Source: Octopus sinensis
Taxonomy: Eukaryota
Assembly: GCF_006345805.1 (NCBI RefSeq)
Contig: NC_043022.1
Location: 5,518,001 to 5,582,000, forward strand
DNA length: 64,000 nt
Reading direction: 5' to 3'
Shown piece after piece: positions 24,124 through 37,344 of the stretch. Both the position numbers and the translations under genes were made by a program. Positions within the stretch are counted from its first letter, which is position 1. Every line of letters begins with the position of its first letter. The notes under the pieces are model-generated. The model saw only the letters and a list, made by a program, of their open reading frames with translations. It had not been told where the DNA came from and searched no databases.

Positions 24124-24338
24124 CAGTGTGGCCCAAAAGTAGGTTTACAGTTATCATTGTAGGCATTTTAAATTTCTTTTAAAACATTTTATTACATTTA
24201 AATTTCTATCTTTCAATTAACTAAATTAGCATAAAATAATGGTTTCCTACTTTTTTCATAATTAAGATCAAAACTGTAAATAATATGAAGACAAAAGGGA
24301 TAGTTGAATAACTGTAAACCTATTTTTAGTCCACCCTG
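24124..24338. mobile_element. Tc1/mariner MITE
   Basis: TA TSDs; TIRs CAGTGTGGCCCAAAAGTAGGTTTACAGTTAT / ATAACTGTAAACCTATTTTTAGTCCACCCTG. Confidence 0.9.
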
Positions 24339-24361
24339 TATATATATATATATATACATAT

Positions 24362-24511
24362 ACTGGGGTAAACACATAAATGTGAAACAAGGTGGAAAAA
24401 AGAGTACTCAAATACCAGTGGTAGAGTAAAATGCTTTATTTAAAGCAGCAGAAAATTCAACAACAAAACCTGTTACAGGTTTTTGTTGATTTTCTGCTGC
24501 TTTAAATAAAG
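24362..24511. mobile_element. TA-flanked fold-back element (palindrome 24434-24511)
   Basis: ctttatttaaagcagcagaaaat..aaaacctgt t acaggtttt..attttctgctgctttaaataaag. Same architecture as the HHR-bearing fold-backs, but no core retained. Confidence 0.6.
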
Positions 24512-25221
24512 TATATATATATATATATTATATATATATATATACAATTGACGAATGCCCAATTTAAACTTGGAAGTATATAATAATACTACCGACAGCA
24601 CTGGGTAATTCTGAAGGTGGACGGGCTTTATACTGTACTCTACCACACTCCTAACAGAATGAATGAATGAATGTATATATGTATGAATGTATGTATATTC
24701 CTGTACTTGTTTCAATCATTTGATTGAGGCCATGCTGGGGCACCACCTTGAAGGGTCTTAGTCAAACTAATTGACCACAGGACTTATTTCTTAAGCCTAG
24801 TACTTGTTCTATTGGTCTCTTTTGTCAAACCACTATGGAATGGGGATGTAAACACACCAACACCAGTTGTCAAATGTTGATGGGGAAACAAACACACAAA
24901 CACATTTTCAATGGAGTTTTTCAGTTTCCATCCCCTAAATCCACTGCTATAGCCCAAAGCTATAGGAGAAGACACTTGCACAAGGGTTTTTCTTTTCTCC
25001 CAACTGACCCTACCATACTGTGTAGTCAACAAAATCAAAAACAAACCATGTGCATACGTGAAATTAAATACATAAAATTGCAACAATTTACACATCACAC
25101 CCTGTATATACATATATATGTGTGTATGTGTGTATATATATATATATATAACCCATGCTAGCATGGAAAACGGACGTTAAATGATGATGATGATGATATA
25201 TATATATATATATATATATAT

Positions 25222-25384
25222 AGGCACAGGAGTGGCTGAGTGGTAAGTGGCTTGTTTACTGAACACATGGTTCTGGGTTCAGTCCCTGTGTGTGGCACCT
25301 TGGGCAAGTGCCTTCTGCTATAGCCTTGGGCCAACCAAAACCTTGTGAGTAGATTTGGAAGACGAAAACTGGAAGTAGCCTGTC

Positions 25385-25438
<54 letters not shown>

Positions 25439-25630
25439 ATGTTTGTCCCCCCAACATCGCTTGACAAGCGATGCTGGTGTGTTTTCGTCCACATAACTTA
25501 GTGGTTCGGCAAAAGAGACCAATAGAATAAGTACTAGGTTTACAAAGAATAAGCCCTGGGGTCGATTTGCTCGACTAAAGGCAGTGCTCCGGCATGGCCA
25601 CAGTCAACTGACTGAAACAAGTAAAAGAAT
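25222..25630 (+). mobile_element. SINE family A, full length
   Basis: ggcacaggagtggctg...(TG)n...gactgaaacaagtaaaagaat. Confidence 0.9.
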
Positions 25631-26634
25631 ATATATATATGTACGTGTATATATGTGTGTATGTATATATATATATTTATATACACAAACACACACAGGT
25701 TGTCATATCTCATACATAAATACAGCCAAATACTGTTGAAACAGGCCCAAACATATACACACACACACACAGATTATTGCGATATTACCTCGAATATGAA
25801 GAGGCTAAACAGGAAAACATAAACAAGACGTGTGCTAATACAGCTTGCTCACACTCGCACACACACACACACACACAATAGAATATCGATATGCTGTATT
25901 TCACACATATACACACACTCACTCATGTGCATGCACACACACACACACACACACACAAGTCTGATGATCTGCTGTAATTCACACACACACACAAGAACAT
26001 ATATTTAAAGGCCTTCACACACACACACACACACACAAGAACATATATTTAAAGGCCTTCACACACACACACACACACACAATAACATTTACACAACCAC
26101 AGCAAAATACTGCTTTGTCCTCGTGTCAAATACACACTGATGCAACGTGATAGAAATAACAGCTTAATCTCTCTCAAACCACACAATAATTTGTTAAATA
26201 ACAACACAATCAATGTGGCTGTGAGTTCCACAAAATGGTCATGGTTGGAATATCTTTAGTCATAGTTTTGCTCAGAGATGCCCTAGCAATGTACATAAAC
26301 AGACATCTAAACAGTTACAGGCAAATACGCAAGGGCAGACATAAGGGATGTTGTGCTAGAAATAGCAGCCAAATTACTTTGAATCACTCTCACAGAATTT
26401 TAAATAGAGGACATATTTTTCATAGTGAGATCCAAGATAACATTATATCTGATACTGACTGGATGGCCACAAGTGGAATAAGTTTTGATCACAGGACTGT
26501 TTGATGAAGGTTGACCTAGGGTTAAACATCAATATAAACATATCCAGCTATTGCATGAACTGGAGGTCAGTCACATAGTGACACAGAAATAATTGCTGTG
26601 TGTTTGTGTGTAATGTGTATATGTGTATATATGT

Positions 26635-27014
26635 GGAGGCGCAATGGCCCAGTGGTTAGGGCAGCGGACTCGCGGTCATAGGATCACGGTTTCGATTCCC
26701 AGACCGGGCGTTGTGAGTGTTTATTGAGCGAAAACACCTAAAAGCTCCACGAGGCTCCGGCAGGGGATGGTGGTGATCCCTGCTGTACTCTTTCACCACA
26801 ACTTTCTCTCACTCTTACTTCCTGTTTCTGTTGTACCTGTATTTCAAAGGGCCGGCCTTGTCACTCTCTGTATCACACTGAATATCCCCGAGAACTACGT
26901 TAAGGGTACACGTGTCTGTGGAGTGCTCAACCACTTACACGTTAATTTCACGAGCAGGCTGTTCCGTTGATTCGGATCAACCGGAACCCTCGTCGTCGTA
27001 ACCGACGGAGTGCT
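26635..27014 (+). mobile_element. tRNA-derived SINE (head 1 + tail X)
   Basis: A box TGGCCCAGTGG and B box GGTTTCGATTCC; tail gttgtacctgtatttcaaaggg...cctcgtcgtcgtaaccgacggag. Confidence 0.9.
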
Positions 27015-27036
27015 TCCTCCCCTGTGTATATATATA

Positions 27037-27507
27037 ATGACAAGTGACCGAGACCTTTGGAGAGATACGCTGTGCTTGAGAAGACCCATGAAGCCAAGTG
27101 AGATCGAAGTCATGGCCGATGCCAGTGTTACACAACTGGTCCATTTAAAAGCATCCTTCAATCAGGTGAGATGCTGTGCTTGTGAAGACCTGCTGAACCG
27201 AGTGAAATCATAGTCGTGGCTGATGCCAGTGCCGTCTGACCGGCACCCATGCCATTGGTATGTAAAAAGCACCGTTCGAGTGTGGCCGATGCCAGTGCCG
27301 CCTGACTGGCTCCCATGCCAGTGGTATGTAAAAAGCACCATTCAGGCATGGCCAATGCCACAGAGTGGTTAGCATTAGGAAGGGCATACAGCTGTAAAAA
27401 CCTTGCCAAATCAAATTGGAGTCTGGTGCTGCCTCCCAGCTTGCCAGTCTTCAGTAAAACCGTCCAACCCATGCCAGCATGGAAAGTAGACGTTAAACGA
27501 TGATGAT
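27037..27507 (+). mobile_element. RTE-LINE 3' end (family C)
   Basis: MTSDRDLWR ORF end, internal ~60-bp repeats, (GAT)n tail. Confidence 0.85.
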
Positions 27508-27516
27508 ATATATATA

Positions 27517-27697
27517 TAAAATTATAACTTAGAGTATCTAAGAAATACCGCCATGCTGGAAATAGCAGCCAAATCGTGGCGGTATCTCTTAGATACCCTG
27601 AGTTATAATTTTAATAATAATTATTACCTTTGAAGGTTTTTATTCCCATGCTGGCCACTTGATAAGATTGATATTTAAATTAACAATCTTATCCTTA
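27517..27697. mobile_element. TA-flanked fold-back element (arms 27517-27555 / 27575-27613)
   Basis: aaaattataacttagagtatctaagaaataccgcca versus tggcggtatctcttagataccctgagttataatttt. Confidence 0.65.
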
Positions 27698-27707
27698 TAT
27701 ATATATA

Positions 27708-28274
27708 CTAGCAGTATCGCCCGGTGTTGTTCGGGTTTGTAAGGGAAATAACTATATAAGCATTTTTAGAGAGTTATAGCCAAAAAATAGCAAAAAAAAT
27801 GCATTAAAAATGGAAAAAAAATTATGGTAAATTTTTTTTTAAATCGTTGACTCATCGTAGACATTTTCTGTTTTGGTGTCTTCAAGCCATGAAGTCGTTG
27901 TTCTAAAAGAACGCTGGTCTCCTTGACAACGCATTACGACGTTGATTTCCTTACATTCCCTTCCCCACAGCTTCACGAGGGAGGGAAGAAGGGGGAGAAG
28001 CAACACAGGTGCAGATGTGAGCGTGGACGCCAACTCCGCCGCTATCGACACACGATGCATTTTATGCATTAAAATGGAATAAAAAATGATGTTAAATTAT
28101 TTTTAAAATCGTAGACTCATTGTAGACGCGCGCTAATACTCAGACGGGCTCGATATGAATCACGACTATAAGATACCCGAATTTGGTTAAACTGCACCGC
28201 AAAATGTGGGAGCAGTTATGAATCTAAATCGAAGGGGACAGACACTCACACAACTACAGTTTTATATATATAGA
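27708..28274 (-). mobile_element. Non-autonomous Helitron
   Basis: Minus strand: A|TCTATATATATAAAAC ... CCCG-aacaacac-CGGG cgatactg CTAG|T. Confidence 0.85.
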
Positions 28275-28358
28275 TATATTAAGCACATAGTTTATATCTA
28301 TTGAGAAGAAGGAAAATGGAGATTAGGAAGTTAACAATTATTTATTGGACATCTTCGC

Positions 28359-28454
28359 TTCTTACAGCTGTTTCAATTAATTCTCAGTAATTTAATTACA
28401 AATTTATACATTCAATTTGCATTTATGTGACATGAGCAAAATTTCATCAGAGAA
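28359..28454 (-). ncRNA. Type I hammerhead with extended stem II, inside a fold-back element (arms 28303-28347 / 28510-28552)
   Basis: Minus strand: TTCT CTGATGA AATT...(69-nt stem II domain)...AATT GAAA CAGCTG TA AGAA. Confidence 0.75.
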
Positions 28455-28575
28455 AAAAAGATGTACCAAGGAATGTTGATATGCAGACCTATCAATTCAT
28501 TTCAGCAGACAATAAATAATTGTTGATTTCCTTATCGCCATTTACTTTTCTCCTTTTAACTCTGTGTGTGTATGT

Positions 28576-28880
28576 GAAGGTGCAGTGGCCCAGTGGTTAG
28601 GGCAGCGGACTCGCGGTTAGAGGATTGTGGTTTCAATTCCCAGACCAGGCATTTTGTGTGTTTATTGCGTGAAAACACCTAAAAGTTCCACGAGGCTCTG
28701 GCAGGGGGTGGTGGCGACCCCTGTTGTCCCCTTTCGCTACAACTTTCTATCACTCCCTCTTCCTGTTTCTTGAGTTACGCTGCGATGGACTGCCGTCCTG
28801 TCCAGCTGCGGGGGAACACATACACCACAGAAACCGGTAAACCGGGCCCATGAGCCTGGCTAGGCTTGAAAAGGGCAACG
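28576..28880 (+). mobile_element. tRNA-derived SINE (head 1 + tail Y)
   Basis: Head matches 26635; the tail differs: gctgcgatggactg..gtcc.gtccag...agaaaccgg...gggcccatgagcc. Confidence 0.85.
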
Positions 28881-28904
28881 TTTATCATTTTATATATATA
28901 TATA

Positions 28905-29195
28905 AACCAAATCGTGGCCGATGCCAGCGCCGCTTTGACTGGCTTCCGTGCAGGTGGCACGTAAAATGCACCAATCCGACCGTGGCCGATGCCAGCCTCA
29001 CCTGGCACCAGTGCAGGTGGCACGTAAAAAGCACCCACTACACTCTCAGAGTGGTTGGCGTTAGGAAGGGCATCCAGCTGTAGAAACATTGCCAGATAAG
29101 ACCGGAGCCTGGTGCAGCCTTCTGGCTTCCCATATCCCCGGTCGAACCGTCCAACCCATGCTAGCATGGAGAACGGACGTTAAACGATGATGATA
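28905..29195 (+). mobile_element. RTE-LINE 3' UTR (family C), young
   Basis: CpG-rich copy ending ggacgttaaacgatgatgat. Confidence 0.9.
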
Positions 29196-29203
29196 TATAT
29201 ATA

Positions 29204-29439
29204 CATGTGGAGGTGCTGAAAACTTCTTGGCTTTGAGGGTATCATGAAAGGCCTGGTTAGAGTCCCAACTTTCCGAGTTCTTTTACAGGGCTTAGAAAAA
29301 CTGAAGGACTGCGGCAATAAGTGTGTGAATCTGAGAGGAGGGGAATATGTTGAATAAAAACATAATTAACTGATCCTCATCCTTTTCTTTTCTTTTATCC
29401 AGAGCCAGGAACTTTTCAGCTCCCCACCCCCCTCCTGTA
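29204..29439 (+). mobile_element. mariner-derived MITE retaining the transposase C-terminus
   Basis: TIRs g.tgctgaaaa.ttc.tggct / agccaggaacttttcagc; internal GLEKLKDCGNKCVNLRGGEYVE* resembles the mariner C-terminus. Confidence 0.8.
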
Positions 29440-30720
29440 TACACCAAATTAAATTGGTTTTGCTACACACCTATCAACTTGGTGCTATTCTCTTTCATTG
29501 TTGTAATTGCTTTTGATGTTGACTTTTAAAAACGTTGTTCCAAGAAGTTAGTTTCACATCTGTTACGACCAGATTTTCTTAGATTCCATTTCTGCTTCTA
29601 ATGATCGTCTTACTTCACACTTTGATATCATGTGATGGTTGTAAACAAGATCACTGACATAAAAGCTGGGTGTTGCTTGTGTTCGGTCTTAAATGAGAAA
29701 AATAAAAAAAAACTGAGAAAAAAAAATTAAAAGAAAAAGTGTATGCCTGGCCTTGGGAAAATATTATCTTGCTTGGAGACAGGTGAAAGTTGGTGAGAAG
29801 AAGAGTTTCTGGTTGTAGAAAATATACCTCACCAAATTCTACCTGACCCGGGCAACCAAGAAAAAGGGGATGGATACATATACACACATATATACACACA
29901 TATATACATACATATATACATACATATCTACGCACATACATACATATATGCACACACACATACATACATGGTGGCTGCCCCCTCGTTATCGAGTATGGCC
30001 ATGGCACGAAGCTTAATCAATGTTGTTATCGTGCAATACCTGTGCATACATACATACATACATACAAACACAAAACATGAAACTCTCAGCCCTTGAGTCA
30101 CTCTGTTGCTTCTGCTAGATATTAATAAAAACTATGCATGTACTCATATTTCGAGTTCTATTTCTCCTGTTTGCACCAACACACACAAATACACACACAC
30201 ACACACCATATATATATACAGTATGTACATATATAAACACACACACACACACACACACACAGTCCAGTTATTGTAGGGACAGCCACCAACTTTCCACTCA
30301 CCCAATTTCTAGCTATGAAGCCATATGACACCAAACAGATTGTTAGATTGGTAAAAGAGGTGGGGACGGTATATAGTGTTTGTATTGGTGTGGTCATGGC
30401 TATGAGGTGGTGGTGGTGGTGGCGGCAGCGGTGGTGGTGGTGGTGATGGCGGCGGTGGCGGCAGTGGTGGTGGCGGTAGTGGTAGTGGTAGCAGTAGTAC
30501 TAGTAGTAGTAGTAGTAGTATCTATGCTATTTAAAGCAACAACAACAGCAGCAGTAGTAGCAGCAGCAGATGTTGCAACTATTGAGGTTAGGAAATCTTG
30601 TTATTTTTCATAGTTTTATATTGAGACAGTGATGTGGTGATGTGGAGGCTATGATGGTTCTGCAACTTCAGAAAAAACAATAATACCAAAGTACTTTCCT
30701 TAAGCTCCAATATATATATA

Positions 30721-31582
30721 TCATCATCATCATTTAGCGTCCGCTTTCCATGCTAGCATGGGTTGGACGGTTCAACTGGGGTCTGGGAAGCCAGAAGGCT
30801 GCACCAGGCCCAGTCAGATCTGGAAGTGTTTCTACAGCTGGATGCCCTTCCTAACGCCAACCACTCCATGAGTGTAGTGGGTGCTTTTTACGTGCCACCA
30901 GCACAGGTGCCAGACGAGTCTGGCAAACGGCCACAATCGGATGGTGCTTTTTATGTGCCACCGGCATGGGGGCCAGGCGAGGCTGGGAACGGCCACGAAC
31001 AGATGGTGCTTTTTACGTGCCACCGATACAGGGGCCAGGTGAGGCTGGCAACGGCCACGAACGGATGGTGCTTTTTACGTGCCACCGATACAGGGGCCAG
31101 GTGAGGCTGGCAACGGCCACGAACGGATGGTGCTTTTTACGTGCCACCGATACAGGGGCCAGGTGAGGCTGGCAACGGCCACGAACGGATGGTGCTTTTT
31201 ATGTGCCACCGGCATGGGGGCCAGGCGAGGCTGGCAACGGCCACGAACGGATGGTGCTTTTTACGTGCCACCGATACAGGGGCCAGGTGAGGCTGGCAAC
31301 GGCCACGAACGGATGGTGCTTTTTATGTGCCACCGGCATGGGGCCCAGGCGAGGCTGGCAACGGCCACGAACGGATGGTGCTTTTTATGTGCCACCGGCA
31401 TGGGGGCCAGGCGAGGCTGGCAACGGCCACGAACGGATGGTGCTTTTTATGTGCCACCGGCATGGGGGCCAGGCGAGGCTGGCAACGGCCACGAACGGAT
31501 GGTGCTTTTTACGTGCCACCAGCATGGGGCCCAGGCGAGGCTGGCAACGGCCATGAACGGATGGTGCTTTTTACGTGCCATG
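30721..31582 (-). mobile_element. RTE-LINE 3' UTR whose internal 62-bp unit has expanded to about 10 tandem copies (30939-31580)
   Basis: Unit ggatggtgctttttacgtgccaccgatacaggggccaggtgaggctggcaacggccacgaac. Confidence 0.9.
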
Positions 31583-31676
31583 CACATGAGTTGTCTAAGA
31601 GACCATAAGTTGGTGAGAAGATACACTCATATATCTGTCAGTAGGGTGGGTATACTCCCATATTCCCTTCCATATC

Positions 31677-31764
31677 GGCTATCTCTGATGAACGTAAAGT
31701 TATATAATCGGATTGTTACCAAACACTCCATTTCTTTACGTGAAACAGATTGGTAAGATCAGCC
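31677..31764 (+). ncRNA. Type I hammerhead with extended stem II
   Basis: GGCT-ATCT CTGATGA ACGTAAAG...CTTTACGT GAAA C-agattg-G TA AGAT-c-AGCC. Perfect 8-bp stem II base; 8-bp bulged stem I. Confidence 0.8.
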
Positions 31765-31819
31765 ATGATGGACATTTAATACTATACGTTTCAGATAATA
31801 TATATATAAGAAGCCCATC

Positions 31820-31892
<73 letters not shown>

Positions 31893-31968
31893 TATATATA
31901 TATATATATATAAGGTGATTAAAATCAAAATAAGTAACAAGGATATCCAGAGGTAATGCAGTACAATC

Positions 31969-31999
<31 letters not shown>

Positions 32000-32227
32000 T
32001 TGTATGTATGTATATGTGGGTGTATGTTTGTGTGTCTGTGTATGTCCCCTCACCATCACTTGACAACCGATGCTGGTGTGTTTATGCCCCCGTAACTAAG
32101 CAGTTCGGCAAAAGAGACTGATAGAATAAGTACTAGGCTTACAAAGAATAAGTCATGGGGTCGATTTGCTTGACTAAAGGCAGTGCTCCAGTATGGCTAC
32201 AGTCAAGTGACTGAAACAAATAAAAGA

Positions 32228-32268
<41 letters not shown>

Positions 32269-32370
32269 TATATATGTATGCATGTACGTATGTATGTATA
32301 TGTTAAATAAAATGAGATAACAAAGCCAAGGCTGTGTGGAATTTACTGGATGTTTATAAAGAGAAAGGTA

Positions 32371-32418
32371 GTCTTACAGCTGTTTCTGGGATATTAGGGA
32401 TATCCCTTCATCAGAGAC
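32371..32418 (-). ncRNA. Type I hammerhead in a PLE-like remnant (about 32300-32800)
   Basis: Minus strand: GTCT CTGATGA a GGGATAT-cccta-ATATCCC a GAAA CAGCTG TA AGAC. Confidence 0.8.
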
Positions 32419-32894
32419 GATGCGAGAGAGTTAACTAGAGGGAAATAGTAGAGTTCAATATAAGGATTTATTTTGGAAAAGGAAGCGAATAAGGAGTATA
32501 TAGGGAAATAGGAGAATGAATGGAGAAATAAAAATATAAATGTATAAAGATGTTATAGACGCAATTCCATTATCCAAGGAAAATGGTGTGTAGGTAGAAG
32601 TGGTAGAAAAGAAGAGAAAAAAAAAAGAGTGTCAGTTGGTGGTCAAGATATTATGAGGGGGGATGGGAGATGAGTAGAAAGAGATAAGAATGTAAGTAAT
32701 GAATATGTGTGTGGTGGGGGTGATATGTTAGAATGGTACTAGGGATGGGTACAGAAAAAGGTTTAGGGGGGAGGGTCTAAAGTGAGTAGTAAACCTCAAA
32801 ATGGAAGGAAAGAATGGTCAAGTTTCTATAAATAGACTTATGTGCTTATTCTACTGGTTAATGTGATAATGTTGGTAGCAGAGAGAAAGAAAGA

Positions 32895-33028
32895 ATGAGT
32901 GGACTTGGACAATGTGATATGATGTGTCTTGCTCAAGAACACAACATGCTGCCCAGTCCTGGAACTGAAACCACTATCTTATGATCATGAGTCCAACACC
33001 CTAACCACTAAGCCACGCGCCTCCACAC
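32895..33028 (-). mobile_element. tRNA-derived CORE-like SINE head (head 2)
   Basis: Minus strand: ggaggcgcgtggcttagtggttaggg...gttgtgttcttgagcaagacac. Confidence 0.85.
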
Positions 33029-33029
33029 T

Positions 33030-33475
33030 TGTTCCATAGTCGAGTGGTTGGTGCCTAAACTGGCTCCCTTACCTGAATAGCTTGCTGCTCTCATGAGGAG
33101 GGTGTCTGCACATGCAGCAGGACTAGAAAACAAAACCTGCTGAAGGACAGATGAGTTGTTTGTGGGTCAACAGTCATCGAGTTCGAGAAGGCCATGGCAA
33201 ACCAATTCAACGTCTCTGCCACGAAAACACCACGAGAAGGTCGGAACAGAGTAAGGCTATGGCTTCATTCGATGGAAGAACTGGTTCTTAATCTGGAAGA
33301 TTTTCATTGTGGTGTCATCGACGGGCTACAAATGCATGTGATGACGATGTTGATGGTGAATGTAAGCAATGAGGTTTCTGTTGTGGTAAAGAGAGTCATC
33401 GACACCCCCGTGGGATTGGAAGAATGGCCTAGCCGAACTCTTATACAACATAGTGTATTGGAACAGAAGTCATAG
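33030..33475 (+). mobile_element. Possible RTE/BovB-related 5' UTR fragment
   Basis: gagaaggccatggcaaaccaattc...gcc.cgaaaac resembles the RTE-BovB motif ggagaaggcaatggcaaaccact...gcc...gaaaac. Confidence 0.35.
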
Positions 33476-33654
33476 GAATTGTTGAGAGTTTGTATTTATT
33501 GGAGTATCGTGTTTAGTGGAGCAATTTGAAGTACGTCGTGTGAAGACGGTTGTGTCTATCCCCGCTTTGTGGAATCTGTATATCCAACCTATAGAAGGAT
33601 ACAAAAGTTTCATTTCCTCTTTCTTCCTTACTGAACCAAATGGAAAGTCAAATC

Positions 33655-34003
33655 CACCACCACCACCACCACCACCACCACCACCATCAGTACAACTACC
33701 TCCACCATCACCATCACCACCATTTCATCCACCACCACCACCACCACCACCATCACCACCACCACCACCATCACCACCACCACCACCACCACCACCACCA
33801 TCAGTACAACTACCTCCACCATCACCACCATCACCACCACCACCACCACCATCAGTACAACTACCTCCACCATCACCACCACCACCATTTCATCCACCAC
33901 CACCACCACCACCACCACCACCACCACCACCACCATCAGTACAACTACCTCCACCATCACCACCACCACCATTTCATCCACCACCACCACCACCACCACC
34001 ACT
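33655..34003. repeat. (CCA)n compound repeat with recurring catcagtacaactacct and tttcat inserts
   Basis: Four cagtacaactacct anchors in a CCA background. Confidence 0.9.
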
Positions 34004-37002
34004 AACAACCTCTCTTATCTGCAAACATGTAACTCCTTCGTCTGCTATCTCTTCAACTAATTAACAAACCAACAAGGGAACCACTAATTAAGTAAATAGA
34101 TCTCCGCTGGAATTTCCAATCATAATTATTCCGCTGTTCAATCAACTGAACTCTCCACTCTTTGAATTGCAATGCAAAACGGCAGAGTATTCCACAGGCA
34201 CCATTTGCATCTTGAATCAGAGTGATGCAGTGAGTGAGAAGGCTGGGTGGTGAGACGTTTGCTTCCTGAACACATAGCTCCTAGGTTCAATCCCACTGAG
34301 TGGAACTTTGGGCAAGTGTTTCTTACTATAGCCTTGGGCCAATCAAAGTCTTGTGAGTGGATTTGGTTGGTGGAAACTGAAAGAAACCCATTGTGAGTTT
34401 GTGTGTGTGAGTGCGAGGGTGTGTGTGTGTGTGAGAGAGAGAGTCACTTTGTGTCTATGTTTGTGCTCCTCCGTCACTCGACAACCAGTGTCAGTATGTT
34501 CACACCCCAGTAACTTAGAAGTTCAGCAAAATGGAACAACAGAATAAGTACCAGCTAAAATTTAAAAAAAAAAGGAAAATGTACTGTGGTTGATTCATTT
34601 CACCAAAAATTCTTCAACGCAGTGCCCCAGCATGGCCACAGTCTAATGACCAAAATGAGTAAGAGAGTAAAAGATATGAAAATCCATTCACAGGGTTTCC
34701 ACCCTAGATGCCATTGACCCAGCCCTCACACAAAAGACTTTGGTCAACCGAAGGTGAAAGGGTTTAAGGCTGGAACCAACCACACAAAAGCACAAGAATC
34801 CTCTTTTCTCTCCAAAGCCATGTCTTTTTTTATTGATTGAGTTTTCTCTAAATTCACAGAAGAACAACTTTCTGTTTAATATTCAAAGCTGCTGACATTG
34901 CAGCTCTGTTGGCCAACGATGACTAATTGCTCTCTCTCTCTCTCTCTCGTCTAACATTTCCACTGAGATATAAACAATTAACAACGTCTGGGCATTGAAT
35001 TTCTTTTTTGCAGAAGAAGAGGGCAGCCTCTATGTGGTTGTTCAACTTGCTGGAAACAGCAGCTGAGTTTCCCTACCATCATGAGAAAAAGAGATGATAG
35101 AATATGTTGCTCTTTCTACACAATTTTCAGGTAGCTGTGTGGTAAGAAATTTACTTCCCAACCATATGGTTCCTGGTTCAGTCCCACTGTGTGGCACCTT
35201 GAGCAAGTATCTTCTACTACATTTGTAGGGCTGACCGAAGTCTTGTGAATGAATTTGGTAGGTGGAAACTGAAAGAAGCCTGCTGTGAACGTATAAAGAT
35301 GTGTGTGTGTGGGTATGTGTGTGTCTTTGTGTCTATAGTTGTCTCCTCCCATCACTGCTTGACAACCAGTGTTGGTGTGTTTACGTCCCAGTAACCTAGC
35401 GGTTCAGCAAGAGAGATTGATAGAATAAGTATCATGCTTAAAAAAAAAACACTGGGGTTGATTTGTTTGACTAAAAATCTTTCAAGGTGGTGCCCCAGCA
35501 TGGCCACAATCGGATGACTGAGACAAGTAGAAGATATATACCTGAGAGATAGGTGGAATAGCCATGGTTGGAATGCCTTTGACTATTGGACTGTTCTATC
35601 AGGACTAATTGGGAGTGAAACAACAACAACAACAACTACTACTACTACTACTATCAATATAGTATGTCAACATTTAATTAACTTGACACAGTCACTTAAA
35701 TTGTTAGAAATAACAGCCAAACTGCTTCAAATTACACCTACCATCTTAGACTGGATGAACATATTGACCAATAGACTCCTAGACATACACAAAAGACATG
35801 ATGGTCAGAGCTGGCACACCTTTGACTGTAGGTCTCTTCTGTCAGAACTGATCCGGAAGGAAACAAGTTTCCATAAAGTCAGAGCCCCCGGGGAGGCCAA
35901 GATTGTTGTCTTATTGCTTACTACTGGAACTTGTGACCGGATATAGGTACATACACTGGACCATTGGACTGTTGCTCTGGACTTGTCCAGGTCTAAAGCT
36001 AATTTGTGCTGTGATTATATATGTTGGGGTCCCAGTTCAGTGCTTTACCCAGGGGCATTATAAAGCTGTTAAAGTAGCCATGCTTACAGAAGACCTTCAC
36101 CTCCATCAATCTTGGTTCACCAAATATTTATACTGGGAAAGATTCTTTTCCGTGGTGCCAGCCGTGATAAGGAGTTTCTATGGAGGACTGGCAGCTATCC
36201 ATGCGTGCAAGTGTCTCCTGTCTTTACCAATAATGTTGTCCAAGGGTTGGTACAGCTTGGCACTAGAATCATCGCAGACACGCTCAGAAGCATCACAAGG
36301 TATTTTGTCTACCAATTCTACCAATCTATTGCTCCAGATTGGTCTTACAATTTATTAACAACCTGTTATGTCCTGCATTATGACGATGTATTTTGTCATA
36401 TCTGCGAGACTGGCCTGAACAGCATACCTCTCTGATTGACATTACTGACTGTGTCAGTCCACTATTTATCAGTAATGGACCAACCCACTTCTCACCTGGG
36501 GGTGTCCGCCACAACACAACCAAAGGTGACCTCATTAGGGTTTGAACTGAGTACATAAAACCCCAAAACCAATACTTGCCATCATTTTGTCCAGCTCTCT
36601 AACCACTCGGCCAAACTACCACCTTCAACAAAGTTAGTAATTATCATTTTAATATAATTATAATTTAATGATTATAATTTTAATGAAGAGAATTTTAGAG
36701 TAATTAACCTCATCTTTAGATTGTATATTGATGATTTTTATATCTGTGGCTATAAGTAGCAGAAATATAGACGCTCACATTAAGAGGTTAATAAGCATGA
36801 AATTTCTGAAGTGATTAGCAGCAACTTGTCTCAGACATAGTTAAAACATGAAAACCATTCAAGTCGTTATCCTAAACTCCTCATGGCCAGAGTTTTAATG
36901 AAATTACAATATTTTTGTGTTTTAATTAATTTTGAAAGATCATCAAAGGTTTGAAGGAATTTAGCGAAATGGTTAATTATATTGTTGTTATTATTATTGA
37001 AG

Positions 37003-37323
37003 TGAGGGCGCGTGGCTTAGTGGTTAGGGCATTTGGCTCATGATCGTAAGGTTGTGAGTTCGATTCCCGGCGACGCGTTGTGTCCTTGAGCAAGACACTT
37101 TATTTCACGTTGTTCCAGTCCACTCAGCTGGCAAAAATGAGTTGTACTTGTATTTCAAAGGGTCAGCCTTGTCACTCTCTGTGTCACGCTGATTATCCCC
37201 GAGAACTACGTTAAGGGTACACGTATCTGTGGAATGCTCAGCCATTTGCACATTAATTTCACGAGCAAGCTGTTCCGTTGATCGTATCAGCTGGGACCCT
37301 CGTCGTCGTAACCGGCGGAGTCT
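37003..37323 (+). mobile_element. tRNA-derived CORE-like SINE (head 2 + tail X)
   Basis: A box TGGCTTAGTGG, B box GAGTTCGATTC, CORE-like gtgtccttgagcaagacact; tail shared with 26635. Confidence 0.9.
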
Positions 37324-37344
37324 TTAAGATTATTATTAAAACAG

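Noticed and set aside
26635-26710. tRNA gene (also 28576 and 37003)
   Set aside because: A and B boxes are present, but the sequence continues into a multi-copy SINE body, with no clean acceptor stem or terminator.
31079-31756. 225-aa repetitive ORF, or a CRISPR-like array
   Set aside because: It is the 62-bp tandem expansion of an RTE 3' UTR. The period is not a multiple of 3, there are no unique spacers, and there are no cas genes.
33040-33160. HDV-like ribozyme at a possible RTE 5' end
   Set aside because: Only one hairpin (gcagg/cctgc) is evident; the P1/P2/P3 nested pseudoknot could not be assembled by eye.
33516-34064. Extensin/formin-like proline-rich ORF
   Set aside because: A (CCA)n compound microsatellite open in several frames, with no flanking coding signal.
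36704-36791. ttaacctc...gaggttaa mini-MITE
   Set aside because: Only an 8-bp inverted match in AT-rich DNA, with no second copy in the window.
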